The notes below the pieces were generated by a model. That model was not told where the DNA came from. It was given only the letters and a program-made list of their open reading frames with translations, and did not search any database. 64,000 nucleotides of DNA from an uncultured Verrucomicrobiae bacterium. Lineage in GTDB: Bacteria > Verrucomicrobiota > Verrucomicrobiia > Limisphaerales > JAFGQR01. Location of the stretch: the NCBI GenBank assembly GCA_963788655.1, contig CAWBHS010000050.1, positions 16,954-80,953 on the forward strand. Direction: 5' to 3'. Both the position numbers and the translations under genes were made by a program. Position 1 is the first letter of the stretch. Each line of letters begins with the position of its first letter. Below are positions 43,101 through 55,109 of the stretch, piece by piece.

Positions 43101-43871
43101 AACTTTGCTTGGTTCAACCACTGGATCGCCAGCAGCGTCGCTGCGCGGCCGGTGTTTTATGAGCCTATTGGCCGCAGCCTACGACGAAAAGAATCAAAAT
43201 CGTCCACCCCCGGTGAAGTGGCTTCAATGTCGTGACTTGTAAAGTGCCCTTACTCGGCACATCATAAACAGGCGCTTCCAAATCAATCTTGGTCCCATTT
43301 TTCGGATCCTCGATGATTTGTATCAGACCTCGAAATCCCTGCGGAATTGTCACGTAGGCATCAGGACCAGTCCGCTCGACGCAGGAAACTGCAAGCATGC
43401 CCGCGCGCGTCCGGGAGGCACCCACGAGGGAAGAAACGCGGGCCTTGCTGGTAAGCGGTACCGGACCTGTATGGGTAAGGTTGCTGCGTGGCGATAGCAA
43501 CCGCGCGCACGGCGCAGTCCCCCGCATTGGCCTTGGTAGTCGGCGACTGGTCTGCCGCCGTCATCGCCCCGATCATCGGCTCCAACCGCTGGCGTCCCAT
43601 TCGCCCCTTTCGTCCCGGTGATGCCCTTGACGTTCCCCTTTCCATGATGGCTGCCACACACCTGCTCATGAAGACGTTGGTCCTGGGTGCCCTCCAATAG
43701 GCTCAAACCAGCGGGCGTTCCATCCAGAAGATCATCGAAGACCTTTGCGCTGCCCGCTTCCAAGCCGAGTTCAGCGAAGGCGTTACCGTCATCTCCACCT
43801 CCGAGACCGGCGGCGGCGTCACGTTTAACGTCCCCGCCAACGGAATCGCCAAAGCGGCGGATCAGGAGTGG

Positions 43872-43903
43872 AAATCAGAGCCGACTCACATCGGCCGCTA
43901 CAA
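43872..43903 (-). repeat. GTAG-type REP
   Basis: Minus strand GTAGCGGCCGATGTGAGTCGGCTCTGATTT, related to the 13115 element. Confidence 0.6.
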
Positions 43904-43911
43904 TCGCCCGG

Positions 43912-45330
43912 TCACGTTCGCAGTTGGAGGGCGCGGGCGCGGAAGAGGAAATCAACGATGTTGCCTTCGTGCGGTTGGAGCCAATCCAGTTTGGTGGTGG
44001 GAATGGCGCCCAAATTCAGCCGGTCAATGTTGGTGGCATCCACCAATTGCCGTTGCCAGGCCAGGTCATGCGTGATGGCGCTGGCGATCAGGGTCGGCCC
44101 GATTTGGCTGAGCATTTCCTTTTGCGGACACTGCACCACGGTGACGAAGGGAAACATGTATTCCACGTTGGCAAGGGCTGAATTCGGCGAATCGCAATGG
44201 ATCACCCAGGGCCGGAGCCAGGCGCAGCGTTCCCGCTCGACCAGGCGGGGACCAAATTTCGCCGTCATGTCTGCCACGCCGCCTTCCTTTAGTTTTTCCT
44301 GGATGGACGCATGAATCGCTTGCGCCTGGCCGGGCACCGTAAACGCCGCGAGCCCAGCCTTCGGATCCTCGGGCGGTTTGACGTCCACCGGACCGAGACG
44401 TTCGGCCAACGCCTGGGCGATTTCCTGCGTGTGCCGCGGCGCCCAGATGCTCGAGCAGTTGATGCAACTGCGGCCCCCGTTCAAGAACACGCTGTCCACC
44501 ATCAGATCGAGGTATTCTTCCCATTGGTCCACCACGTCGTCGCCCAGGAGGATTTTGCTGAAGCCCGGCCCGTGGACCTGCACGCGCGTATCGTCCGCGT
44601 ATCGTTGAACGGTATCGGCGCCACCAAAAACCATGGACCGCCCGCAGCGATTGACCACTTCCGCCCCAACGTCGTGGGCGCCGGGGTAAAGGCCAATGGC
44701 TTCCCGCGGAACACCCGCTTGCAGGAACGCCGTGGCGAGGCGGTAGGGAGTCCAAAACTCCTGGGAACCGGGTTTCATCACGAGGCCGATCTGCATCGGA
44801 ATGGCGGGAAGCCAAAGCGTGTGGACGCCTGGCGAATTGGACGGCAGCACCAATCCCAGGACCGGCGATTGCGCCTGGTAACTCACGATGACGCCGCGCG
44901 ACTCGATCCCGTATCCCCGCGTGAGAATATCGAGGTCCAATCCGCGCGTTAGACAATCGATGATGCGGTCCATCTGCGACAGCACGAAATGGTTCTTGGC
45001 CATGTTGGCCCGGCACAGATGCTCCGGCAGTCCCGTGGAGCCGGATTGCTGCCGCACGAAATCTTCGGGCGACTGTTCGCCATCGCCCATCGGCAGCGTG
45101 GATTTCTGATAAAGGTCAGCGGCCTTTTGAGCCATCGTCACCAGTTCGCGCGCGGGAATTTCCCGCAACACGTCGCGGGCGCGCTGGGCATGGCGCAGAT
45201 CTTTGGCCACCAATCCGGCGTTAGCCTGGCTGACCTTGGCCAGCGATTCGCCAGACAGGAAGTGCGTCACCTCGGCAACGTCCAGGCTTTCGTACGGTTG
45301 GCCCCAGCGTAAGACAGGAATGTGTATCAT
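43912..45330 (-). CDS. Aldehyde dehydrogenase / acyl-CoA reductase-like protein
   Basis: VLPSNSPG, MKPG, FGG, HGPGFSK, GRSCINCS, EYMFPF. Confidence 0.85.
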   Translation of the reverse strand: MIHIPVLRWGQPYESLDVAEVTHFLSGESLAKVSQANAGLVAKDLRHAQRARDVLREIPARELVTMAQKAADLYQKSTLPMGDGEQSPEDFVRQQSGSTGLPEHLCRANMAKNHFVLSQMDRIIDCLTRGLDLDILTRGYGIESRGVIVSYQAQSPVLGLVLPSNSPGVHTLWLPAIPMQIGLVMKPGSQEFWTPYRLATAFLQAGVPREAIGLYPGAHDVGAEVVNRCGRSMVFGGADTVQRYADDTRVQVHGPGFSKILLGDDVVDQWEEYLDLMVDSVFLNGGRSCINCSSIWAPRHTQEIAQALAERLGPVDVKPPEDPKAGLAAFTVPGQAQAIHASIQEKLKEGGVADMTAKFGPRLVERERCAWLRPWVIHCDSPNSALANVEYMFPFVTVVQCPQKEMLSQIGPTLIASAITHDLAWQRQLVDATNIDRLNLGAIPTTKLDWLQPHEGNIVDFLFRARALQLRT

Positions 45331-45336
45331 GGTTCG

Positions 45337-46701
45337 TCAGGCGGTGCGCAATCCCGGCAATGACCACGGCTGGCGATATTCCACCGTCACCAACCGGTCT
45401 GATTTTTCGTCGCCAATGATGTGCTCGTTCTGGGCGTCCCAGGTGATCTTGCTGCCGGTGCGATAGGCAATGTTGCCGAGGTGGGCCACGGTGGAAACGA
45501 AATGGGCGAACTCGAGGTTCTCCGCCGGTTGCTGGCGAGACTTCACGCAATCCAGAAAGTTGCGCACGTGCGCCGGACGCGGATCGCCGCTGCCGGGAAA
45601 CTTTTTTGGTTCCAACGCGGCCTTGCGGCGTTCGCCGACAATTTCCCAGCCGCTGTCGGTAAGGAACAGCGTTCCCAACGTGCCGGTAAAGGAAATGCCC
45701 CAAGGCCGGCCGTTCAGCCCGATGCCGATGCCGTTCTTGTGTTCCCAAATCAGTTCGTAAGTCGGGAATTCATAAACGGTGGTTTGCGAATCGGGAGTTT
45801 GCCAGGCGTTCTCGGGATCGTAATTGCCGCCACTCGAAAACACCGTCCGCGGCGGGGTGGGCCCCATCGCCCACAGCATGATGTTGATCAAATGGACGCC
45901 CCAATCGGTCATCAGGCCGCCGGCATAATCCCAGAACCAGCGAAAGTTGAAATGGAAGCGGTTCGGATTGAACGGCCGTTTTGGGGCCGGGCCGAGCCAC
46001 ATATCGTAATCTACGCCCGCGGGCGGGTCGGTGTCTTCGGCTTTGGGCATTGGCGTGATCCAATCGTGAAAGGCCCAACCGCGCACCAAGCTCACTTGGC
46101 CCAGCTTGCCGGATTGCACGAACTCGACGGCGCCCTTCCAATGCTGGCCACTGCGCCATTGGGTGCCCATTTGGACGATGCGATTATGTTGCTTGGCGGC
46201 TTCGAGCATGGCGCGGCCCTCGGCAATGCTGGTCGCCAGCGGTTTCTCGACATACACGTCCTTGTGCGCCTGGCAGGCGAAGACGGTCGGCATGGCATGC
46301 CAGTGGTCGGGCGTGGCGACGAGCACCACGTCCACGTCTTTGCGTTCGATGACGCGTCGAAAATCTTTGACCGTGTCCGGCTGGTGGCCGCGTTGTTTCT
46401 CGACCAACTCCGCGACCTGCGCCAGATGCGCGTCGTCCACGTCGCAAATCACCGGGCAATCCACTTCATCATTCAAGAAGAACGTGGCCAGGTCGCCGCG
46501 TCCCATGCCACCACAGCCAATGAGACCCAGACGGACTTTGGTATTGGGCCGGACGGCGGCGCGGGCAGTGCCTTGAGACGTTAAAATCAGACCGCCGAAC
46601 GCCGGCACCGCCGCGGTGGCCAGCGTGGAGGTTTGGAGAAATTGCCGGCGCGAAACCGGCGGCGGTTTCGACGTTCGCACTCTGGATGAATTGGCGATCA
46701 T
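45337..46701 (-). CDS. Tat-exported Gfo/Idh/MocA oxidoreductase
   Basis: SRRQFL, GLIGCGGMG, ATPDHWH, VYVEKP, WLGPAP, DWGVH. Confidence 0.92.
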   Translation of the reverse strand: MIANSSRVRTSKPPPVSRRQFLQTSTLATAAVPAFGGLILTSQGTARAAVRPNTKVRLGLIGCGGMGRGDLATFFLNDEVDCPVICDVDDAHLAQVAELVEKQRGHQPDTVKDFRRVIERKDVDVVLVATPDHWHAMPTVFACQAHKDVYVEKPLATSIAEGRAMLEAAKQHNRIVQMGTQWRSGQHWKGAVEFVQSGKLGQVSLVRGWAFHDWITPMPKAEDTDPPAGVDYDMWLGPAPKRPFNPNRFHFNFRWFWDYAGGLMTDWGVHLINIMLWAMGPTPPRTVFSSGGNYDPENAWQTPDSQTTVYEFPTYELIWEHKNGIGIGLNGRPWGISFTGTLGTLFLTDSGWEIVGERRKAALEPKKFPGSGDPRPAHVRNFLDCVKSRQQPAENLEFAHFVSTVAHLGNIAYRTGSKITWDAQNEHIIGDEKSDRLVTVEYRQPWSLPGLRTA

Positions 46702-46778
46702 GCGAGCGTAATGCAGCAAGGCCCGGCAGCGTCAAGGGCAAAGAACCACGGTGAAGGGGGGTGAAGATTTTGAAAGGT

Positions 46779-46920
46779 GTAGCGGAGTTTCGGTAGAGCG
46801 CCGCCATCGCCTGGCGCTGAACGGGAGCAGCGTCATGAAGTGCGGCAGTCCTCTGCCGCTTTCGGAAGGCAAGAGCACGTTCGACAGCGGCAAAGGACTG
46901 CCGCCGTCCAAAACCTGGCG
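46779..46920. repeat. REP cluster (single GTAG REP plus an inverted pair)
   Basis: gtagcggagtttcggtagagcgccgc; GCGGCAGTCCTCTGCCGCT ... AGCGGCAAAGGACTGCCGC. Confidence 0.65.
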
Positions 46921-46985
46921 GACGATCACTCCCCCGTCATTTGTATCGTTGACTTCGCCGACACTGGGCGGCTAACAAAACAGCG

Positions 46986-49378
46986 ATGCACTTACGTTCT
47001 CTTTGGCTCGTGTTGATGCTCCTGGCAACTTCTTCGCTGACGGCGGCTACACCCACAATCGGTGCTTCCGAACGGCCCATCCTGGACCGCGCCGCGCTTT
47101 TCCGTTACGCGGCTGATAGTGGCGAGCGTGTCTGGCGAGCGACGCAGAATCCGGAGGAACGCAATCCTTCCTCGCGGGATTTGTTCATCTACGCGTTGGC
47201 GTTGTGCGAAGCCGGGTTGCACCCCGAGCGACTTGAGCCACTGTTCGACCTGGCCGCACGCATGCAGGATCGCGATCCCGCCAGTCGGGGTTACGGTAAT
47301 TTCCGTTGGAGTTGGAACCATGAAAAGGTCGAGGACTTCAACGCGGTGGACTTTTGCATGCAAGGCGGCGCGTTGCTCTGGTTAAGGCATCGGGACACGT
47401 TGCCTGCCAAGGCCAAGGCGACGCTGCGGGAAATTCTTCGTTACGCTGCCGAAGGGCTCAAACGTCATCGAGTGCGCGAATCGTACACCAACATTGCGCT
47501 CATGAACGCGGGCGACCTGATTTTATTAGGGGAAGCCCTCGGCGACGCACCGCTGGCCAACGAGGGCTATGCCCGACTGGATCGGGTGGTGCTCTACACC
47601 TGGAACCACGGCATTCACGAATACGACAGTCCCACTTACTACGGCGTCGATCTCGATGATCTGGTGTTGATCGAAGCGTTCTGCGCCCGCGAGCGTGGCC
47701 GCGAACAAGCCCGTGCGTTGTTGGAGTTGTTCTGGACGGACATTGCGTTGAACTGGTTTCCCGGCGCGCAACGTCTCGCTGGCACTCACAGTCGTGATTA
47801 TGACTATTTGCACGGCCTGGGCATTCTCGACAATCATCTGTGGATCGCGGGCTGGCTGGAAGGCTCACGGCGAGGCAGCTTCGGCATAATCTGGCCGGCG
47901 TTGGGACGTTGGCAGCCGCCGATGCATTTGCGTGAATTGAACCAGCAGCGATTGCCGCGTCTCGTTCGCCAAAGTTGGAGCCCCGGCGAATTTGCTGTCC
48001 GCACGCATTGGCTGGCATCTGACGTGACCTTGAGCACCTCCGGCGAATACTACGGCGGCTGGATGGATATGCCCCTGACGGCCGACTTGGCCGGCAAACG
48101 CGATTCTGTCCGTTGTTACTTTATTCCCGACGGACGGCATGATCCGTACGGCAAAGCCCGAATTGCCGCGGGCCCGCATCGGAAAACGCTGCACCTGGGC
48201 CCGTTTTTCGCCGGCGCCCAGCGACGCGCCGATGCGTTGGGCTTGTGCGTGTATCGCCCGGCGGACGTGCCCACGAATGCGCCTTCACTGGAATCCCATT
48301 TCGTTATGCCACTGGCCGTGGATGAAATCTGGCTGGGCGATCAACGCCAGCAACTGCGGACCAACACCCCGTTCACCTTGCCCCTTCAATCAGGAACGGC
48401 GTTAGTGTTGCGCCAAGGGACGGCGGCAATCGGGGTGCGCGTGCCCTGGTCGCGCGGCGTCAACAGCCAGTATGCTACGGTGGCGCTGGTTTGGGATACC
48501 AACGCGTACGGTGCCATGCGGCTGACGGTGAACCATCAGTTCAACGCGGATGAAACATCTCCCGCCAACGTCAATCTTCACCGTCCGGGGGCTGCCTTCT
48601 GGGTGCGCGTCGGGAGCGGATTGCAGACCGAGGCAGCCTTTGCCGATTGGCGAAAGGAATTTGCCCGCGCCCCAGCGAACGTAGCCGCTGGACCGCGGAG
48701 CAAGTGGCAGTGCGCGTGCAAGGCATCGACGGCGAGGTCGCGGCGGGCACGGAGGCCCCGTACAAAACCTGCACGCTGATGGAGCCGCCGCCTACCAAAG
48801 TCGTGCTCGAACTCGACGGGGACGATTTGGGCAAACGCATTCTGCAAGCGGTTGAGCCCGTCAAGACCGTTCTTGCCGAACGCGCCCAACTCCAGTTCGT
48901 GCCGGTTCCTGCCGGACAAACGGTCACCTGGGAAGCCGAAGCGGGTGCGGTCCAGCCGGGAATGGCCCGCGGCAAAGATGCAATGGCATCGGGCGGAACG
49001 TACGTCTGGATGCCCGGTGAATCCGGCGGCGAGGGAAGCGGCGGCGGCAGTGTCTATTGGCAACTTCGATTGGCTGAAGCGGGCGAATACTTCCTGTGGG
49101 GGCGGGTGCTGAGTCCCACGCCGGAGGATGATTCGTTTTTTGTCACCGTGGCCGCGGGCCGGCAACGGTTGGTATCGCAGGCAGCCTGGCACTTGGGAAC
49201 ACATCGGCAATGGACTTGGACGAGATTTTCACCGGACGCTTCCCGCCCCGAAGCAAGTCTGCAATTGCCCGCTGGAGGAGTCACGCTGCAACTTGACGCG
49301 CGCGAAGACGGCACCAAGATCGACCGGCTGTTTCTGTCGCCTGGAAAAGGAAAGCGTCCGCCAAACGCAGGACCATAG
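46986..49378 (+). CDS. Secreted alpha/alpha-toroid (heparinase-like) protein with C-terminal CBM-like domain; frameshift ~48695
   Basis: Signal peptide, YTNIALM, HEYDSPTYY, AGTHSRDY; C-terminal WEAE...DDSFFV...REDGTKIDRL. Confidence 0.6.
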
Positions 49379-49444
49379 AGGAAATCCGAAAGAATTCCGA
49401 AGTCCCAACAGCCGTTGTCGCTTGGACTTAGCCGTGACTATTCA

Positions 49445-49577
49445 GTAGGACAGGCGTCCCGCCTGTCCCGAACGAGTGCAAACCAACAACTTGTATCACG
49501 GCGCCGCGAGTCTTTCTATGTCACCAAACGGTGAGGATGCCTTGGACTATTCGAGACAGGCGAGACGCCTGTCCTAC
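49445..49577. repeat. Inverted REP pair
   Basis: GTAGGACAGGCGTCCCGCCTGTC ... GACAGGCGAGACGCCTGTCCTAC. Confidence 0.75.
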
Positions 49578-49744
49578 CACGCCGAACTGCCTCATCGCAG
49601 CACCAGCCACTGAATTGATACGGCTTAGCTGGGCACCAAACTGGAACATATCAGATTTAGGCATTCAGTTTTCGGACTTTGATGCCGACCATCTCGCACA
49701 ATTTGTCCTTGTAATTTCCAGCGCATTCAGGTTCAGTTACCGCC

Positions 49745-52225
49745 ATGCAGTTGAGGCTTCAAGGATTTGTCAGGCGCTGCCCAAAGACGAGGGCGGAACG
49801 TGTTGCCAATGTAGTAAACTGCCGGTCAAGAACCCAAGACCGGCTCAACTTCATTGCCATTGCTCTGACGGTCACTTGCCTGGTGTCCGCTCCCACCATG
49901 CGTGCCGAGATTCTCACCCTGCCGGAGGCGCTCGATGCCACCAACTTGGTCTGGACGACTGGCGGTGACGTGGATTGGTTCGTGCAGACAATCAACACCC
50001 ATGACGGCTTCGACGCGGTCAGTAGCGGGCTCGTCGTTTCCAACCAAACGTGTTGGCTGGAGACTACCGTCGTTGGACCGCAGACGGCGAGTTTCTGGGT
50101 GAAGCAACAGCCCTATGTATCGCTTTGCTTTACCGTAAATGGGATAGGCCCATGTAGAGGCCATGATGTTGGTGTTCCAAACGGTTGGTTCAATACCGTC
50201 ATCGACCTTGGCGAAGGTACCAATGTACTTCGCTGGTCGGTCACGGGATACTACCCCGATTCGAGCGGGGCCGCGGTGGTGCTGGACGAGTTCACGTTGA
50301 CGCCACCTCGGGCTCTGGCCATCGGCGGCCCAAGTGACCGAACGCTCTTTTCAGGTGAACAGCTCTACCTTTCCGCCTCAGTGATTGGCACGCCGCCGTT
50401 CCGCTACCAATGGGTCAAGGACAACAATCCCTTGCCAAATGCGACCAACAACTACTTCTCAATCTACTCCACGACCACCAACGATTCCGGGGTCTATTCG
50501 GTGGTCGTTAGCGACGACGAGGAATCTGTGACGAGCCGTAACAGCGTCGTGACTGTTCAACCGCCATCCGCGCCCTTGTTCGTGGTCGAACCGTCCAGCG
50601 CCGCCGCCTATTCGGGGCAGACGATGAGTTGGTGGACCAGCGTCCACGGTTCACCGCCCTTCGCGTATCAATGGCGGAAAGATGGCAATGATCTGCCGGG
50701 GGCGACGAATTATATTCTGGCATTGACCAACCTTTCAATGAGCGACGCCGGGAGTTACACGGTGGTGGTCACGAATGAATGGGGAAGCATCGAGAGCAGC
50801 AATGCCGTCTTGGTGGTGATCGCTTCCGCTGCTCCGGTTATCACCCGACATCCACGCAGTCTCGAATTGGCCGAAGGCGTCAGCACGTGGCTGCTGGCTG
50901 AGGCGACCGGCACTCCCGATCCGGTCTATGTCTGGTCGAAACCCGGGACCGTGGAGCCAGAGCCTCCGCCAACATTTTCAATTATTCCGCGTCCCTTGCC
51001 GGTGGGCGCTCCCGGTCCATCCAAGCTGTCGTTGCCAAATGTCACGACCAATGATGCCGGCTTGTACCATGTCACGGCCACCAACCTCGCGGGCCAAGTG
51101 GTCAGCCGCGAGGCGCTGGTGACGGTACTGCCACCGCTGGCGCTGGTCGGATTCTGGTGGCAGGGCGCAGCCGACATTTTTTACGCGAATGGACTGGCAT
51201 ACGTGGCGCAACCAGCAAGCGGAGTCGGCATACTGAGTGTGAACGGTCCCTGGGGACCGGTGATGATGGGTGGTTTCCAAACCGCCGGAACCGCGGAGGC
51301 AGTCTGGGTGACCAACGGTTGGGCGTTCGTGGCCTGCGGCAGCGCGGGCCTCCAGGTTTTCAGCGTTACCAATACTCGGTCCCCAGTTTTAGTGAGCACC
51401 CTGGAGACCGACGGTGAGGCCCAAGACCTGGTGCTGCGGTCCAATCAACTCTTCGTCGCTAATGGCTACGGGGGACTGCTGGTAATGGACATCAGCGATC
51501 CTGCGGCCCCGGTGGTCTTGGGCCGGTGGACTACCAATTTCTACCTATCGCGGATTTGCATCTCCGGTGACCGCGCCTATGTCGGCTCGCCCTCGGCTTT
51601 GTGCGTGGTGGATATTTCGGATCCGTCAACGCCGGTTGAACTGGGACGACTTAACGTTTGGGTTCGTGATGTGGACGCGCAGGGAAACCTGCTCTTTGTG
51701 GTTGATGGTGCAGGTTTGCAGATCATCGATGCCAGCCGTCCAGACCAGCTTGAACTCTTGGGACAGTTCAGTCCTGCCAACGTTACACGCAACACGATTT
51801 CGTCCGTGCGGGTAATCAATGACCTCGCGTATTTGGCGGGAAGCAAGCTATGGATTGTGAACGTCCGGGATCCAACCAACCCGGTCCCCGTGGCAGAACA
51901 CCTGGAAGACGCGGGAGCGGATTGTCTATGGGTGGATGACTATCGGGTATTCATGGCCGATGCGGATGCCGGGCTGTGGATCATTTACACACCTTTCAGC
52001 TCCGTGTTTGACCATCCCCTAGAACTGTATCTGGTCGAAGATAATGGCTTCCGATTGCAGATTTTTGGCCGGCGGGGCGACCACTATGCGATTGAATCGA
52101 CCGAGACGCTGAGCACCCGTTCGTGGCAAGCGCTGCAAACTGTTTTCCTGACCAACGTGAACGCCTTGATTGACCTGCCGGCGGCGTACCCGGCGCGATT
52201 CTTCCGGGTGCGGCAAGTTGAATGA
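49745..52225 (+). CDS. Secreted Ig-domain (x3) + LVIVD-repeat surface protein
   Basis: GTPPFRYQW.KD, DSGVYSVVV, DAGSYTVVV, DAGLYHV; GL.V.DISDP repeats; C-terminal FFRV. Start uncertain. Confidence 0.8.
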   Translation: MQLRLQGFVRRCPKTRAERVANVVNCRSRTQDRLNFIAIALTVTCLVSAPTMRAEILTLPEALDATNLVWTTGGDVDWFVQTINTHDGFDAVSSGLVVSNQTCWLETTVVGPQTASFWVKQQPYVSLCFTVNGIGPCRGHDVGVPNGWFNTVIDLGEGTNVLRWSVTGYYPDSSGAAVVLDEFTLTPPRALAIGGPSDRTLFSGEQLYLSASVIGTPPFRYQWVKDNNPLPNATNNYFSIYSTTTNDSGVYSVVVSDDEESVTSRNSVVTVQPPSAPLFVVEPSSAAAYSGQTMSWWTSVHGSPPFAYQWRKDGNDLPGATNYILALTNLSMSDAGSYTVVVTNEWGSIESSNAVLVVIASAAPVITRHPRSLELAEGVSTWLLAEATGTPDPVYVWSKPGTVEPEPPPTFSIIPRPLPVGAPGPSKLSLPNVTTNDAGLYHVTATNLAGQVVSREALVTVLPPLALVGFWWQGAADIFYANGLAYVAQPASGVGILSVNGPWGPVMMGGFQTAGTAEAVWVTNGWAFVACGSAGLQVFSVTNTRSPVLVSTLETDGEAQDLVLRSNQLFVANGYGGLLVMDISDPAAPVVLGRWTTNFYLSRICISGDRAYVGSPSALCVVDISDPSTPVELGRLNVWVRDVDAQGNLLFVVDGAGLQIIDASRPDQLELLGQFSPANVTRNTISSVRVINDLAYLAGSKLWIVNVRDPTNPVPVAEHLEDAGADCLWVDDYRVFMADADAGLWIIYTPFSSVFDHPLELYLVEDNGFRLQIFGRRGDHYAIESTETLSTRSWQALQTVFLTNVNALIDLPAAYPARFFRVRQVE

Positions 52226-52250
52226 AAAGGAGATTTCTGAGGAGATAACT

Positions 52251-53396
52251 ATGAAACACCTACCAATTCCATTCACCGGCCGGATGACGGCTTTGGCCCT
52301 TTGGCTTGCCATCGTGATTTCGTGCAGTGGCGGCAGTGTCAGCACTTCCGTCTTGTATTTTATCAGTCCTTCCGATCTCTACACGTTTCCGGATGTGACC
52401 AACGCGGTGGCCATTGCGGCGGGCACCAGTGACGGGCTCGCGTTGACCGAAGACGGACGCGTTTTACCGCTGCCCATGATATCTGGCTCGCCGATTGTCA
52501 GCGCGCTGCCGACCGATTTGAGCAACGTCGTCATGATCAGCGCCGGCGAAGCCCAAGGCTTCGCGCTTTGCGAGGATGGCACCGTGGCTTCCTGGAGCGG
52601 TGGGCAGTTTGAGAACGCTACCCCACCGGGCCTGACCAACTTCCTCTCGATTGACTGTGGATGGGGCGACAATCTCGGTTTATTGGACGATGGGCGGGTG
52701 GCCCTTTGGGGATTTCATTGGCCAGACACGAATTATCCTCCGGAGTTGACCAATGTGGTGAATGTTTCCGCCGGGCATCGACACTTCGCGGGATTACGCG
52801 GTGATGGCACCGTCGTCTGTTGGGGCGACACCAGATTCGGAGCGACCGCGGTACCCGAGGGCCTTTCCAATGTCATCGCCATCTCTTGCGGCGCCTACCA
52901 CACGCTGGCTCTTCGGCGAGATGGCACCGTGGTGGCCTGGGGCCGCTCGGACTTTGGCGTGCCGGATGTGCCGGTCGAAGCAACCAACATCGTCGCCATC
53001 GCTGCCGGTTACTACCACAATTTGGTTCTGCGAAACGACGGTCATGTGTTGGTCTGGGGCCGGGATGGGACGAGGAGCGGCGTCACGAACTGGGTCACCG
53101 AGTTCGGCAACGTGGTGGCGATTGCCGCTGGCCTCGGGTACGGCTTGGCGTTGGTGCAAACGAATACCCCCATTCCAGCTCCGAGGTTGACGCAAGTCCG
53201 GCTTGAACAAGGAACCCTGCGCGCCGAAGTGCCGACACGCCGGGGCCGACGCTATTACCTGGAAACGAGTTCGGATCTGTCGGCGAACAGGTGGCAGTGC
53301 CATCCGGTATTTGCGGGTTCAGGCGCCGCGCGCAAAGTGTCCATTCCCTGCGGAACCAACATTCAAAATTATTTGCGGGTGCGCTGCCAGCCGTAA
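52251..53396 (+). CDS. Secreted RCC1-repeat protein
   Basis: GAGGAG RBS; repeated LSNV.AI.AG..H.LAL..DGTV..WG. Confidence 0.85.
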   Translation: MKHLPIPFTGRMTALALWLAIVISCSGGSVSTSVLYFISPSDLYTFPDVTNAVAIAAGTSDGLALTEDGRVLPLPMISGSPIVSALPTDLSNVVMISAGEAQGFALCEDGTVASWSGGQFENATPPGLTNFLSIDCGWGDNLGLLDDGRVALWGFHWPDTNYPPELTNVVNVSAGHRHFAGLRGDGTVVCWGDTRFGATAVPEGLSNVIAISCGAYHTLALRRDGTVVAWGRSDFGVPDVPVEATNIVAIAAGYYHNLVLRNDGHVLVWGRDGTRSGVTNWVTEFGNVVAIAAGLGYGLALVQTNTPIPAPRLTQVRLEQGTLRAEVPTRRGRRYYLETSSDLSANRWQCHPVFAGSGAARKVSIPCGTNIQNYLRVRCQP

Positions 53397-53599
53397 CGGC
53401 GGACAATCAAAGGGGAGCGTAGCTTGCCAAGCGTGGCTACCCGGGCGCGTTCTTCGTCGTGGGCTACCGCCGTGTTTGGTGTAATTTGCGCATCGATCCG
53501 AAGCATCATTTACCTGGTGCAATGTATTGCGGCGGGTGTGCTTTCCGGTAGTTGTGATTGTGCAACGGATCGAGTGCGGCTACCTTTGGAGGACAAATA

Positions 53600-55095
53600 G
53601 TGGTGCAATCTGAGACAACTGACACACTTTCTAAATCCCTCAGCCCGCCGGGCTCGAACCGGCTGCTGCTGGCGGGCTTTGCCGTTTCGATTCTCATTCT
53701 GATCGTGACGGCCGGATTATCGGCGTGGAATCACGAGCAACTGGTAAACACAGGACGGCGCGTGGTGGAGACGCATTTGCTGTTGGCGCAGTTGGCGGAA
53801 TTGCGGTTGCGGCTCACGGAAGCCCAGGACGCCGAACGAGGATTCATCATCACGGGCACCAACGAGTTCCTCGATCCGTTTCAGGTCGCGACGAACAAAC
53901 TGGCCCGGGCTTTGGATAAGCTCCCGGCCTCCCTGCAAAAGTCGCCCGGCCAGAGTGATCACTGGGAATCGCTTCTGACCAACGTGCAAGACGTCGTGAC
54001 CCAGTTGATCGCCCATGTGGAAGCTCGTCAGAAGCTCGGCTTCGAGGAGGCGAAGGAATTGGTGGAAACACAAAAGGTGAAGCATGCGATGGACGCCATC
54101 CGGTCGGCAATCAACACGCTGGTGGGGGAAGAACTGGACTTGCTGGCGGAACGGCAATCCGGTCCCTCGCCGCGGAGCACCTGGCCTTTTGGTTCAACAA
54201 CAGCGGCCGAGTGCTGAGCATCATGTTGTTTGTCGTCGTCTTCTACGTGCTGGTGCGGGAAAACGCTTTGCGCCGCCAGCGGGAATTGGAGTTGCGGCGC
54301 ATTGGCGCCGGACTCGAACAGCGCGTTGCCGACCGCACGGCCGAACTGCACGAGAAAAACAAGGAACTGGAAACCGTCGTGTACATCGTGTCCCACGATC
54401 TGCGCTCGCCCCTGGTCAATGTTCAGGGTTTCAGCCGCCGGTTGGGTCGGGGGTGCGAAAAGTTGCAGCAACTGGTCACCGCCCACCCCGAGGCCGTGCC
54501 GGCTGCCGACCTCCAGACGGCCGTGAAAGAAACCATTCCCCAGGCGCTCAAGTTCATCGAGTCGGGCGTGAAACGGATGGACCAACTGCTGTCCGGATTC
54601 CTGCGGTATTCCCGCCTGGGTCGAGTGGCGCTGAAAATCGGTCCGCTGGACATGAACGCCCTCGTCGCCGGCGTGGTGCAATCGACGAGTTACGAACTCG
54701 AACAAGCCCAGGCGGAAGTGCTCGTCGAACCGTTGCCGCCGTGCCAGGGCGATCTCCTGCAAACCAGCCAGGTGTTTGCTAACCTGATCGACAACGCCCT
54801 GAAGTACCGCGACCCGGCCCGTCCGTTGCGGATCACCATTACCGGCCGCCGCGAAGACGGGCGAAGTGTTTATGCGGTGGCCGATACCGGCATTGGTATC
54901 GCCCGCGAGCACCAGGCCAAGGTGTTTGATATTTTTCACCGGCTGAATCCGGACGCCCAGCCGGGCGAAGGCTTGGGATTGACCATTGCCCTGCGCATCC
55001 TCGAGCGGCAGAAAGGCAAGATTTGGATTGAAAGCCAAGCGGGAATCGGGGCCACCTTTTTTGTGGCCTTGCCGAATGACATCCAAGGCTCGTAA
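53600..55095 (+). CDS. CHASE3 sensor histidine kinase; frameshift ~54160
   Basis: TM, AERGFIITG...PF (CHASE3), VSHDLRSPL, NLIDNALKY, DTGIGI, GLGL. Confidence 0.88.
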
Positions 55096-55109
55096 TATCC
55101 ATTAACGCA